From IMG/VR virus record IMGVR_UViG_3300025084_002696, positions 1 through 33,918 of that record: DNA of 33,918 nucleotides; one strand, 5' to 3'. Position 1 is the stretch's first letter, and every line of letters begins with the position of its first letter. Source of the DNA: a virus (taxonomy: Duplodnaviria > Caudoviricetes). The position numbers and the translations under genes are program-made. Shown here piece by piece: positions 17,936 to 27,711 of the stretch. The notes beneath the pieces are model-generated. The model saw nothing but the letters and a program-made list of their open reading frames with translations. It did not search any database and was not told where the DNA came from.

Positions 17936-18752
17936 AGGTAAAATACTCGTTCATTAATTTGTCTAGTGGTTGATTATAAATCCACTCAACTCCCTTTTCT
18001 TGTATCAAATATCTCATTATTTCTGGTGTTGGTCTACCTTGTTTTATCATTTTACCATCTCTGAGTAAAAGTGGAAATCCTCGTATCTTAATAGAAGTTA
18101 GTCCTTGTTTATATATGTGTTCTGCTGGTGTAAAGTGACAAGACCTTGATGATATATCACCATCTATAAATGTCATATCATACATTTTAGAAAATTTATC
18201 CATAGCTATTGGTGTTCCGAAGTAAAAATTATCCTGTTGTAATATTAGTCTATATGGATTTTCTCTAATAAATTCTTTTTGGATAGATAATGATTCTGAA
18301 GTAAAAAGTGTATCATCATTATAAAAATATTGTTTATTTCTAACGAGATTTACACAAGTATCAAGTATATTTGAATTATGAATAAGTGCATCATTCCTTG
18401 TTTGTATTACCCCATCAAATTTATGTTTTGAATTTCTTCTAAGTTTTTGAACCTCTTTTATAGCATAAGACATATAGTTAATATTTGGTTTAGAACTTCT
18501 AAGATTAAAGTCTACATCACTTGGGTCCAGTTTTATGTAATCTTTAAGAAAGTCATACTTACTATAATCAATGTCAACAATTTCTATCTTACCAAATCTT
18601 TCTTCTTCATACCAAACATTATCACCTTTCCAAGTTGCTAAAAAAAATACAAACTCTACATCATCATACAAATTATTCCAATGCTCAAATAAAGGATATG
18701 TTTCTTCCCAATATCTAACTAAACCTGATATACAAACTGCTATCTTTTTCAT
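17928..18752 (-). CDS. Hypothetical 'KIAVCxSG' family protein, possible glycosyltransferase-like (paralogue of 24512-25300)
   Basis: MKKIAVCISGLVRYWE, FLATW, FDGVIQTRND, DNFYFG. Confidence 0.6.
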   Translation of the reverse strand: MKKIAVCISGLVRYWEETYPLFEHWNNLYDDVEFVFFLATWKGDNVWYEEERFGKIEIVDIDYSKYDFLKDYIKLDPSDVDFNLRSSKPNINYMSYAIKEVQKLRRNSKHKFDGVIQTRNDALIHNSNILDTCVNLVRNKQYFYNDDTLFTSESLSIQKEFIRENPYRLILQQDNFYFGTPIAMDKFSKMYDMTFIDGDISSRSCHFTPAEHIYKQGLTSIKIRGFPLLLRDGKMIKQGRPTPEIMRYLIQEKGVEWIYNQPLDKLMNEYFTYE

Positions 18753-19684
18753 ACTCCAACATACTCCAAGATTGGTGATAATTCTTTATATGAACAATTA
18801 TTACAATGTGATGTTGGATTGTTTGTATTACAACCTTTCTTTACATTTTGATAATCTGTCATTTCCCTTATCTCATCAATTGAATTTACAAACAAATTAC
18901 CAAATGGTTCTGCTCCTGTATTTAGACAACACATTTTTACATTACCTTCTACGGTAGTGTATAGTGCGTTGTTTACCCAAAAACAATCTTTATAATCCCA
19001 CTTGGATTTACCCATAATTTTACCACCCCAATTCTTTTTTAAATAATCTAATTGGTCTTTTGTATAACCTGATGTTGCTACATTATCTTTGATACTACTT
19101 CCCTCGTCCCAAATTTGTGCGATGTTTAATCTCAACTGACCTAACTCATAATTTACTCTAAGTTCGTCTATCTTGACAATGTCATCTACATTGTATGCAT
19201 TTACAACATAATTCACAACAATATCACAACCTTGTCTATCAAGTTCTCGTGTATTGTCTAAAAATTTTATCAACTTACTCCACTTTGCTGGTGCTCTATC
19301 TCGTTCGTAATTGTCCTCATACCCGTCAATTGAAAAATATAATACATCAATATATTGTAATGCATTTTCAAAAACTTTACGAAGTCTTTTACCTGGTTTA
19401 ATGTCATATTGACAATTAGTCGCTACAACTACTTTACAATCTGGAAACACTTCTTTAAACATACGACAAACTTCGTCAAAGTGTGGGTGTAGAAATGGTT
19501 CACCCATTCCCATAAGTTTTGCTTCTTTGATTGGGTGGTGTTTTATTCCGTCCAACAACTTACCCCAATTCTCTAATGACATATGTTTGAGTGGTCCAAT
19601 CACCTCATCACGATTACAAAAACTACAAGCTAAATTACAATAGTTTGTAGTTTCTAAGTATGCGTATGTTATTGGTTTAGCCAT
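18749..19684 (-). CDS. Radical SAM protein with SPASM/twitch domain
   Basis: CNLACSFC, GMGEPFLHP, FSIDG; C-terminal CFW...GNVKMCC...FGN...CNNC. Confidence 0.92.
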   Translation of the reverse strand: MAKPITYAYLETTNYCNLACSFCNRDEVIGPLKHMSLENWGKLLDGIKHHPIKEAKLMGMGEPFLHPHFDEVCRMFKEVFPDCKVVVATNCQYDIKPGKRLRKVFENALQYIDVLYFSIDGYEDNYERDRAPAKWSKLIKFLDNTRELDRQGCDIVVNYVVNAYNVDDIVKIDELRVNYELGQLRLNIAQIWDEGSSIKDNVATSGYTKDQLDYLKKNWGGKIMGKSKWDYKDCFWVNNALYTTVEGNVKMCCLNTGAEPFGNLFVNSIDEIREMTDYQNVKKGCNTNNPTSHCNNCSYKELSPILEYVGV

Positions 19685-20402
19685 TTAAATATTCTTCTAA
19701 GTCTTCTGGTGTTCCTAATGAATAACATTTATCCACCATAAACACTCCTACTCTTTTTCCGTCACGAACTGCCCAATTATAAACTGGTGCTACATAGAAC
19801 TCTCCGTTGGTTCTACTATTCTCTTCAATCATTTGTTCTGCATACTTTACGAAATCACTACCTTTACTCCAATAGTAATATCCTGCTGTTGCAGTGTTTG
19901 ATATTTGTTTCTTTTCTGCTACCTCTTGAACATATCCGTTATCAAGTGTTCTGGCATAACTCCAAGCATTTCCCTCTCCGTAAAAACAAGGAATTACTCC
20001 GTCAAATTGTTCACACATTTCAAACAATCTTTCTACATCCCAATCTACTAATTGGTCTGAGTTCATTGTCATCAATGGTGTGTCGTCATTGATTAAATTT
20101 TTTGCTTGTAATATAGTCTGTGCTGCTCCCTCAGTTACATCATCTAATATTACAACATCATAAGAATTATGACCGATAACTTTTTCAAATTCTGTAAAAT
20201 CATACTTGTCAAAGTCCTCTTGTAAACAAATCATTATAAATTTGTAATCGGTATTAAATTCCATACCTAAGTTTTTTATAACTCTATGTATCATTGGTTT
20301 TCCATTTACATCTATAAATGGTTTTTTGTCTGTATATCCTTGTTCTTCAAATCGTGAACCACGACCTGCCATTGGTATCAATATATTACACTTTTGTTTC
20401 AT
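19677..20402 (-). CDS. Sugar-phosphate nucleotidyltransferase (NTP_transferase, BcbE-like)
   Basis: IPMAGRGSRF...KPFIDV, TEGAAQT, NSDQ, VAEKKQIS, EFYVAPVYN, LGTPEDL. Confidence 0.88.
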   Translation of the reverse strand: MKQKCNILIPMAGRGSRFEEQGYTDKKPFIDVNGKPMIHRVIKNLGMEFNTDYKFIMICLQEDFDKYDFTEFEKVIGHNSYDVVILDDVTEGAAQTILQAKNLINDDTPLMTMNSDQLVDWDVERLFEMCEQFDGVIPCFYGEGNAWSYARTLDNGYVQEVAEKKQISNTATAGYYYWSKGSDFVKYAEQMIEENSRTNGEFYVAPVYNWAVRDGKRVGVFMVDKCYSLGTPEDLEEYLNG

Positions 20403-20697
20403 TGAAAAAGTCTCCTGCGTTTATTCCTCTGTCATCTATGAAGTAATCTCCATTGTGTCCTTTAAAACACAACTTGTGATATTTTACTCCCCACTCTTTT
20501 AATTGTTGTTCTGTAATTGGACGATAATGTTCCTCACCTCTACCACTCTTTAATCCACGAGCAGTATAGAAAACTATTGTGTGTCCCTCGTCGTATAGTT
20601 TGTTTATTTTTGCGATTCTATCAAGATACGGTTCTCGGCCGATTACCTTACCTTCTTCTTTACATATAGTTCCATCTATATCTATGACATACTTCAT
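20386..20697 (-). CDS. Capless HAD phosphatase (BcbF/capsule biosynthesis phosphatase-like)
   Basis: DIDGTI motif I, YTAR motif II, FIDDR motif IV. Confidence 0.85.
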   Translation of the reverse strand: MKYVIDIDGTICKEEGKVIGREPYLDRIAKINKLYDEGHTIVFYTARGLKSGRGEEHYRPITEQQLKEWGVKYHKLCFKGHNGDYFIDDRGINAGDFFNETKV

Positions 20698-21578
20698 ACC
20701 TTCACTTCTCCTATTTTTTTGTCATCTAAAAACAATTCATATTGTTTTTTATTTAAATTAATCTTCAATGTCAAGTCAGTATTTCCCTTGAAAATTGGTC
20801 GTAATGTTTTTACTTTAAATTCTTTTTTACCTTTTGGTATCGGTATAAACATAGGATAATCGTTACCACTCATACCACACATAAACAATCTATGTGTTCC
20901 TGTTGTCAGTATGCTGTTTAACTTAAATGTTGTGTTTGGAAACAATAACCCATTTTTTAATATACTCATATAAGACATAATTGGAAAATCGTGATTCCAA
21001 TTCGGATACTTTTTATCAAACTTATCTATTTTAGAATCTACTTCTTCTATGTTGGACCAATTTTTTATCTTACTAATAAATAGTCTTGGAATTTCCATAA
21101 TCCAATTATTATTTGTTTTTTCAAGATAGTCAAATATGAATTTATGTGGTATCGGTAAGTATAAGTAATCCTTTTCTATAAGATTATTTTCTACCTGTAA
21201 AAAATGATTTGTATATAAATCTAAATGTTCAAATGGTGACTTAACGATTCCATCTCTAAATTGATAGTTACAAGTTGAATTTATCAAATCATTATTATAT
21301 TTGTATCTAAATAAAGGTTTACCTTCTGGCCAAAACCCCACTTGTTTATCTATATGGTCATTATCTTTATTGAACTTTTTATACAAATCGTTCATCTCGG
21401 GAATATCATTGTACTCATCTTTATAGTAAATTAATTTTCCATTTTCGTGTAAGTCTCCAAAATCAGCAAATGTTTTTTCAACACGATATAAAAGTTCGTG
21501 TAAACCAACTCTATCAAAACAACCTAAATCATTAAAGTGTGGTTTCCAATATTTTGTTCCTATTAACTTATATTCCAT
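20694..21578 (-). CDS. Hypothetical protein with C-terminal ParB/sulfiredoxin-like motif
   Basis: SILKNGLLFP...ILTTGTHRLFMCGMSG. Confidence 0.6.
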   Translation of the reverse strand: MEYKLIGTKYWKPHFNDLGCFDRVGLHELLYRVEKTFADFGDLHENGKLIYYKDEYNDIPEMNDLYKKFNKDNDHIDKQVGFWPEGKPLFRYKYNNDLINSTCNYQFRDGIVKSPFEHLDLYTNHFLQVENNLIEKDYLYLPIPHKFIFDYLEKTNNNWIMEIPRLFISKIKNWSNIEEVDSKIDKFDKKYPNWNHDFPIMSYMSILKNGLLFPNTTFKLNSILTTGTHRLFMCGMSGNDYPMFIPIPKGKKEFKVKTLRPIFKGNTDLTLKINLNKKQYELFLDDKKIGEVKV

Positions 21579-22221
21579 AACTCTCTACTATTTTAAAGTC
21601 TGTTTCTGTATCTATATCTAGTAATTCCTTTTCACTCCAATCTACTGAAAACGGATATGGATTATTCTTGGTATTTGGAAACAACTCCCAATTCTCTAAC
21701 ATATATTGTTTTTTATAAAACACTAATGAATGTGTTGCAGAATGAATCCAAGGACCAGTTGATGTTGATAACCTATCCTTTGGTTCAAAGTTTATTGGAT
21801 TTCTATCTTTATCCCAAAAGAAGTTTCTTTCTTCTTTAACTGTAATCATACTTTCAAAGTTTGAATACTTAAATGATGTAATGACTTGTTGTAGTTCCCC
21901 AACTTCCAAAAATGGTTGACAAGGATTTAGATTTACTATATAGTCTGATTCAACATTTTCTAAATGCTTATACATTACATTGTGTGGACAATTACCTGGT
22001 GCAACTGAATCATAATCTCTATGTAGTATTTGTACACCATCAATAACTTTATCTTTTAATTCTTGGTCATAAACTGCTAAATACTTTTCATCAACATCTA
22101 ACTTATTTAGTTTCTCCAAAGCGATATCAATCAATGTTGTTCCGTTTAAATCTCTAAGATGTTTGTTTGGACACCTTAAACTATTTTTTCTTGCGTGTAT
22201 AATTCCGGCTAATGTTTTCAC
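21568..22221 (-). CDS. neuA: Acylneuraminate cytidylyltransferase (CMP-nonulosonate synthetase)
   Basis: IIHARKNSLRCPNKHLR, LNPCQPF, LDIDTETDF. Confidence 0.88.
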   Translation of the reverse strand: MKTLAGIIHARKNSLRCPNKHLRDLNGTTLIDIALEKLNKLDVDEKYLAVYDQELKDKVIDGVQILHRDYDSVAPGNCPHNVMYKHLENVESDYIVNLNPCQPFLEVGELQQVITSFKYSNFESMITVKEERNFFWDKDRNPINFEPKDRLSTSTGPWIHSATHSLVFYKKQYMLENWELFPNTKNNPYPFSVDWSEKELLDIDTETDFKIVESYGI

Positions 22222-22901
22222 TTCAAACTCTCATATTCATTTACCCACAATTCACCATACTTTCCTTCCCAAGTTTCATGCCAAGGTCCACCATTCGTAA
22301 AGTGAATTACTTTTGGATTATCTATATATTCATAATCACCCTCTAAATAATTGTAAGTCAATGGAATACTTCCGATTGAACTTGCCCAAGACATTCTGTG
22401 TAAATATTTTGGACTTTCTGTATTAACCACTTCTACTGATAAGTTTTTTGTGTCTGGATGTTCACAATTAAACATCATCAGACTTGACCAATTTTTTCTT
22501 GGATATGTTGTTTGTTGTAGTCCGTCCATTTTAGTAGTGGATGTTGGTGTGTAATCGTGTTGAACACAAGACACCGCATCTGTTTCATCATAAAACTCTA
22601 ACAACTCCTCAATATCACAATTCCATAAAAAGTCTGAATCACAAAATACTGCGATACCCTTGTAGTCATTCAAAAATGGAACTAAAAATCTACTATAAGT
22701 AAATTCCGTAGACGCTAATGGGTCTACATCACGATAGTAATGTCCACTATCAATGAGTTCATCTAATATAATTGGTTGTATTTCAATATCTTTGTTGTGT
22801 TTTAGTATTGAAGACTTACAAACTTCATAACAAGGATTTTTAACCTTGTCATATTTTGGTGGGTAATCCTGTCTACTATCGTATCCTATATATACTTTCA
22901 T
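22218..22901 (-). CDS. GT-A fold glycosyltransferase (GT8-like, phage type)
   Basis: YIGYDSR, STEFTYSRFLVP, CDSD (DxD), YPRKNWSS, HFTNGGPW; start likely 22901. Confidence 0.85.
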   Translation of the reverse strand: MKVYIGYDSRQDYPPKYDKVKNPCYEVCKSSILKHNKDIEIQPIILDELIDSGHYYRDVDPLASTEFTYSRFLVPFLNDYKGIAVFCDSDFLWNCDIEELLEFYDETDAVSCVQHDYTPTSTTKMDGLQQTTYPRKNWSSLMMFNCEHPDTKNLSVEVVNTESPKYLHRMSWASSIGSIPLTYNYLEGDYEYIDNPKVIHFTNGGPWHETWEGKYGELWVNEYESLK

Positions 22902-23679
22902 AAAATCTAAATAACTCCTCTGCAATTAATTCGTGTCCCGTTGTGTTTGGGTGTTTTGTTCTACTTTTTGGAAATGTTGGTCCAGTTTCAAATAAATCTC
23001 CACCATTTTTTACCAAAAACTCGTATGTGGTTTGATGGTTATAATAATTTGTTGTATCAACCAACTTTTTATCATATGATAATTGTTCAAACGCATCACA
23101 CATTATGTAATCTATTCCTTTACTTTCTAAATATTTTTGTAGTAAAACTATATAATTAGTATTTAATTGTTTATAATAACTTTCATTGTGTAAGTTTTCT
23201 ACATAGAATGGAAAATATTCTTCCATAAATTTAAGCAAATCATTTTCTATATATTTAATTTCTGACTCTTCTGTTTTTCCATAGTGTTCATAGTATCTAC
23301 TTTTCCACTCTTGTATATCTTGACTCATAAACTCTTTCATAGACCAAGATAAACCAATTGGACTTGTTCTACTAAACATATGTGGAAAAAATGGTAGTGG
23401 GTCTCGTAATGGTGAACTCCACATTATAACCACTAAGTCATCATTATTAATATTGTTGTAAGCGAATTGCTCGAATATATTACTGAATATTCTGTAATTG
23501 GACGAACCTACTTCACCATTATTCACATATTTAACACCAATCTTGTCTGCTAAATATCTTGGCCAAGAATGTTCTTTTTGATATTTTTCTATTTCTTCAA
23601 ATGTAGATAGTTGTTCTACATACTGATTATCCGTTCCTTCACCAGCAGTGAAACTATCACCAAAACCTATTACCCTCAC
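22876..23679 (-). CDS. SGNH/GDSL hydrolase-like protein (paralogue 2)
   Basis: FGDSFTAG, GSSN, KHPNTTGH. Confidence 0.78.
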   Translation of the reverse strand: MRVIGFGDSFTAGEGTDNQYVEQLSTFEEIEKYQKEHSWPRYLADKIGVKYVNNGEVGSSNYRIFSNIFEQFAYNNINNDDLVVIMWSSPLRDPLPFFPHMFSRTSPIGLSWSMKEFMSQDIQEWKSRYYEHYGKTEESEIKYIENDLLKFMEEYFPFYVENLHNESYYKQLNTNYIVLLQKYLESKGIDYIMCDAFEQLSYDKKLVDTTNYYNHQTTYEFLVKNGGDLFETGPTFPKSRTKHPNTTGHELIAEELFRFYESIYRIR

Positions 23680-24515
23680 AACTTTACCTCTTTACAAAAA
23701 TTATTAAAATCTAATAAATTATAATCTTTCCAATTATAAATATTATAGTCCTGTAAATTATCCACATTAAAATTTTCCCAATCGTCTACTAATACCATTG
23801 GAAACCATTTTGAAAAATACTCTGTTGTAACACTTCGGTCCACAATTGGTATTGTTTTTAAGTAAAGTGATTCCCACAATCTATGAGTATCAATTCCATT
23901 TCCCTCTGGACATATACAAAATTTGTAAGTAGATAAATTTTCTATGTAAGATTTATAGTCCGTTGTTTCAATCCACTCTATTCCCTGTGATAAAATGCTT
24001 TCATAACATTTTGGTCGTTTAACATCTCTACAACCACCCTCTACTTCAAAGTTAAAATAAATAAAGTTTTCTTTAACTTGATTAAGTTTTACATTATCCC
24101 ATACTGATAAGTCTCCCCAACTCCAACAAGTGTTTGCTATACCGATTGGTATTGGAACTACTCTATTATCAGTAGTGGTTACATTTTGTGCATATATTTT
24201 TTCACAATTTGGTATATCAAAATATTTCAGTTCATTGTCACTAAATGGTGAATCATTATTATGTAGAATTAGAGTAAATGGATTTTTAAATTGAGATAAT
24301 ATGTCAAACATATTTACATCTTGTAGTTCTGGTATTAGGTCGTTTACTAAATCACTATTGATATGAACAAGAGTATCATTGTTAAAGTTTGTAAAATCAA
24401 AATCTCTAACATCAATGTGTTTTTCTGATGGATATAGTTCAAATGGCATAAACTCTTTTATACTCAAATGATGACTACACAAACTTTGAAACTTTTCTCC
24501 CGTTATTATATTCAT
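23676..24515 (-). CDS. Exostosin/GT47-like glycosyltransferase
   Basis: PIPIG, YKFCICPEGNGIDTHRLWESLYLKTIPIV; start likely 24515 (ATGA overlap). Confidence 0.78.
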   Translation of the reverse strand: MNIITGEKFQSLCSHHLSIKEFMPFELYPSEKHIDVRDFDFTNFNNDTLVHINSDLVNDLIPELQDVNMFDILSQFKNPFTLILHNNDSPFSDNELKYFDIPNCEKIYAQNVTTTDNRVVPIPIGIANTCWSWGDLSVWDNVKLNQVKENFIYFNFEVEGGCRDVKRPKCYESILSQGIEWIETTDYKSYIENLSTYKFCICPEGNGIDTHRLWESLYLKTIPIVDRSVTTEYFSKWFPMVLVDDWENFNVDNLQDYNIYNWKDYNLLDFNNFCKEVKL

Positions 24516-25300
24516 TTTGTATACCAATCTCTAAAATACTTTTCCATTTTATGAAATTCATTGTGGTCCATTAGGTTTAAATCTTGTGGACAACCCAACT
24601 TTACTAATGTTTCTATAAAAGTGCTTCTATTTGGTTGTATTGATTGTGTAGTGATTCCATAGTCTCTGAAATACTCTTGCATTAAAACTCCTGGACCAAT
24701 TGAACCTGTGAATAATTTGTCCTTGAATAGATTTCGTTGGTCTAACATTTTTTGTCTGTAAAAGTACATTGGTATTACCAAATCCATTGTGTAAGATTTT
24801 CCATAAAAAACCATATCGTTAGTATTGAACATATGAAACTCAGATTCCATTAATCCACCTTGTGTTGCAAAAAGTATATTGTCTTCAAGTGGTTCCCAAG
24901 TGAAATGATACCTTGGGTCAAACACCACATCCGGTCTGGTTTTAATTACTAAGTCATACTCAAAATCATTATCTATTTCATATTGCCTTTTTAGCATCAT
25001 AGAATGTGACATACTATAAAACAAACTACTCCAATGGTCATTAGCGTAAAAGAAATCTTGCTTTCTATCATCAAACATACAACCTTTCGGTTTATACCAA
25101 TCAACCAATTCATCAAATTCTTTTCGTGAAACATCTCTTGTAATGTATGGTTGTGATACTCCTTCTCTATCTCCACTATAATCCCAAGTGTGAATAAAAT
25201 AATCTATTTCAACTCCAGAAGTTTCCCAAAACCATTTTTGGTTTTCTTTTGCTATTTCCCATTGACGAAGTTGTCCACTCATACAAACTGCTATCTTCAT
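24512..25300 (-). CDS. Hypothetical 'KIAVCxSG' family protein, possible glycosyltransferase-like
   Basis: MKIAVCMSGQLRQWE, FIHTW, YDLVIKTRPD, DMVFYG. Confidence 0.62.
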   Translation of the reverse strand: MKIAVCMSGQLRQWEIAKENQKWFWETSGVEIDYFIHTWDYSGDREGVSQPYITRDVSRKEFDELVDWYKPKGCMFDDRKQDFFYANDHWSSLFYSMSHSMMLKRQYEIDNDFEYDLVIKTRPDVVFDPRYHFTWEPLEDNILFATQGGLMESEFHMFNTNDMVFYGKSYTMDLVIPMYFYRQKMLDQRNLFKDKLFTGSIGPGVLMQEYFRDYGITTQSIQPNRSTFIETLVKLGCPQDLNLMDHNEFHKMEKYFRDWYTK

Positions 25301-26073
25301 TTCAAATCCTCATATATTCTTTCTGCTAATTCTTTGTTTGCATTTGGTGAAGGGTGACCATCACAAAATCTCTTACCATAAGGTGAAATTGCACTTCTAT
25401 ATTTTGTATTATCTGGTTCTTTAACATCCTCTTTGTCTATTTCTCTCATCTGCCACCTTAAATATTCAACCCAAGTATCATCACCATTGTATCTATCATC
25501 TTGAAAAGATATATAGTTTATTTTTGATTTGATATTTCCTAAACTATCTTGTAATGAATTGTGTATTCTATAATCACAATTGTTTCCTTTTAGATAATGA
25601 TGTAAAAATACTATTTTTCTTTGAAGTTTTTTATCTTCAATTTTAACATTGTAAATCCATAGAACATAGTATTCTAACCATTGCCTTAAGTTTTGAACAC
25701 TATCTTTAGAGTTTGTTAATTTAGCATTTATTCCACCTAAAGCTTCATCTGTATATGAATCAACTGCTCCTGGTTGTAAATCATAAAACTCTCCCCTGTG
25801 TTCACTATAAAATGGATACCTTGTAGATTCGGACAAACCAATAACAAATAGTGGGTTCTTATATGTAACATTTGACTCTACCCAATCATAGATTCTTCTA
25901 AACATTCCACCATTTGATGAACCAGTTCTTGCTAAGTTCACATAATCACACTTTAATTTGTTAGATAATATATTTCCTGGTCTATATTCTGTTGCGACTT
26001 TTAAGGTTTTACCAAGTATTCTATCTGCGTTCATATAACTACAACCAACTCCAACTACTACATCATAATTCAT
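25297..26073 (-). CDS. SGNH hydrolase-like protein (paralogue 3)
   Basis: GCSY, GSSN, IGLSESTR, DGHPS. Confidence 0.72.
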   Translation of the reverse strand: MNYDVVVGVGCSYMNADRILGKTLKVATEYRPGNILSNKLKCDYVNLARTGSSNGGMFRRIYDWVESNVTYKNPLFVIGLSESTRYPFYSEHRGEFYDLQPGAVDSYTDEALGGINAKLTNSKDSVQNLRQWLEYYVLWIYNVKIEDKKLQRKIVFLHHYLKGNNCDYRIHNSLQDSLGNIKSKINYISFQDDRYNGDDTWVEYLRWQMREIDKEDVKEPDNTKYRSAISPYGKRFCDGHPSPNANKELAERIYEDLK

Positions 26074-26446
26074 CTAACGCCTCCCATATGTTCTTTACCC
26101 GTATTCTATGATTTCTCATATCACCAAATAAAGTTTCATCATTCCTATGGTGATTTCCCAATAACCATAAAACAAAAGAGCCACAATATAGTATATTATC
26201 ATCAATACTACATTCCTTATGTAAAAATGAATAATTAACATTATTAACATAAATCAAGTTATCATCTAATGGTAATGAAAATATCTTATCAGTATCTAAA
26301 TTATCAAAATTTCTTTTTAGTATTAAATTACCTGAAAAGACTTCATCATTATCCAACTCTTGTTTTCTAATTTTAAATGTTTCATCAGCTAATGACATAT
26401 TTGGTTTAATAATATTATATTTTCCGTTGTAATAATTTTCGTTCAT
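26063..26446 (-). CDS. Hypothetical protein
   Basis: 127-aa ORF overlapping both neighbours in the operon; no motif recognised. Confidence 0.65.
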   Translation of the reverse strand: MNENYYNGKYNIIKPNMSLADETFKIRKQELDNDEVFSGNLILKRNFDNLDTDKIFSLPLDDNLIYVNNVNYSFLHKECSIDDNILYCGSFVLWLLGNHHRNDETLFGDMRNHRIRVKNIWEALDEL

Positions 26447-27711
26447 TAAAATATCCTATCATATAAGTTTGTTTTTATATCGTAATTTTCTATAACATTA
26501 ATATTATGTTGTAAAGTTTCTTTCATATCACCATACATATGTAATAAATCTTTTTCATCATAATCAGATAATGTTAAAACCAAGTCCATAATCATTTGTA
26601 ATCGTTTCCAATCATCTGGTTCGTTATCATAACTTTCGTCCCACCATTTGTCAAAAGTTTTAAATCCATATTGTTTCATAACCTCTAATGTTTTGTATGG
26701 TGCGAATTGTATGATTGGGTGCCCACAATACATAGGATTAAAAGTAGAACTATGTAAGTGATAACCACTTGTATCAAATGGAAAAGCTCCCATAACAATA
26801 CTGATAAAAGTATCACGATAGTGAATTGGGTCAAATGGTAAGTCTGCGTCAAAGAATCCTTTACCAATTCCTGCTGGTCCGTGATTTGTTTTATCCGTAT
26901 TATCAATATCAAATGGTAGTTTTGATTTTAAATCATTAATATTTTCTTGTTGTGTGTATTTGTAAAACATATTAGAATAGTCAGGCCATTTATGTAATTC
27001 TGGAAAACTAACTAAACACTTATCAAATAGTTTTTCAAAATTCAAAAACAACATAAATATATCTCGTTCATCACGATTAGTTCTATTGATTTTTAAAAAG
27101 TGTTTTGTTTTAAATGTATTTACTGATTTATACTTATATTCCATATCTACTGAAACTTTTTTTGGTAAATCTCCCTGATGTTTTAATCTTTGGACATCAA
27201 ACACATTCCACATAACTGATACAACATTTATCTTATCTGCTCTATGATATTCTTGATGTGTCTTTTCTGCTATTAAATTGTTTGTAATGAAGTAAATATT
27301 TTTTGTTGGAAGTTTTAATTTGTCAATACTTTCGTAAAATGGATTTAAAAATTCATCTCCCTCGATAGATTTACCTTCAAGTGTATTGTCAAAGATTAGT
27401 TTACAATTTCCTTTTCTAACTTCTTCTAATATGTTGTTCGGTATAACATCTAAGTTTTTTGCCCACAATGGTTGATTGTGATGAACGTGAACAAAATAAC
27501 TAAATGGTCTATCAAATGTAAAGTTTTCTGTTTGAACTTCTGTCAACCCCAATACATTTGGTAAACTGGAATGACTAAATAAAGGTCTACAAATCGTTTC
27601 ATTACGATTATCTTGTTCAGTTATTTCTGGTATATGTTTGTATATATCAATTATTTCTTGACTCGGCTCAGTCATACTAACCTGATTAAAATTATCAATT
27701 AATGTTATCAT
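26446..27711 (-). CDS. Hypothetical protein, possible GT-B (GT10-like) glycosyltransferase
   Basis: C-terminal GHPII...YGFKTFDKWWDESYD...LQHN, typical of a GT-like family in phage glycan clusters. Confidence 0.55.
   Translation of the reverse strand: MITLIDNFNQVSMTEPSQEIIDIYKHIPEITEQDNRNETICRPLFSHSSLPNVLGLTEVQTENFTFDRPFSYFVHVHHNQPLWAKNLDVIPNNILEEVRKGNCKLIFDNTLEGKSIEGDEFLNPFYESIDKLKLPTKNIYFITNNLIAEKTHQEYHRADKINVVSVMWNVFDVQRLKHQGDLPKKVSVDMEYKYKSVNTFKTKHFLKINRTNRDERDIFMLFLNFEKLFDKCLVSFPELHKWPDYSNMFYKYTQQENINDLKSKLPFDIDNTDKTNHGPAGIGKGFFDADLPFDPIHYRDTFISIVMGAFPFDTSGYHLHSSTFNPMYCGHPIIQFAPYKTLEVMKQYGFKTFDKWWDESYDNEPDDWKRLQMIMDLVLTLSDYDEKDLLHMYGDMKETLQHNINVIENYDIKTNLYDRIF

Noticed and set aside
10669-19684. 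RiPP system (34-aa peptide as radical SAM/SPASM precursor)
   Set aside because: The peptide is over 6 kb from the nearest radical SAM gene, and no RRE domain, protease or transporter is seen.
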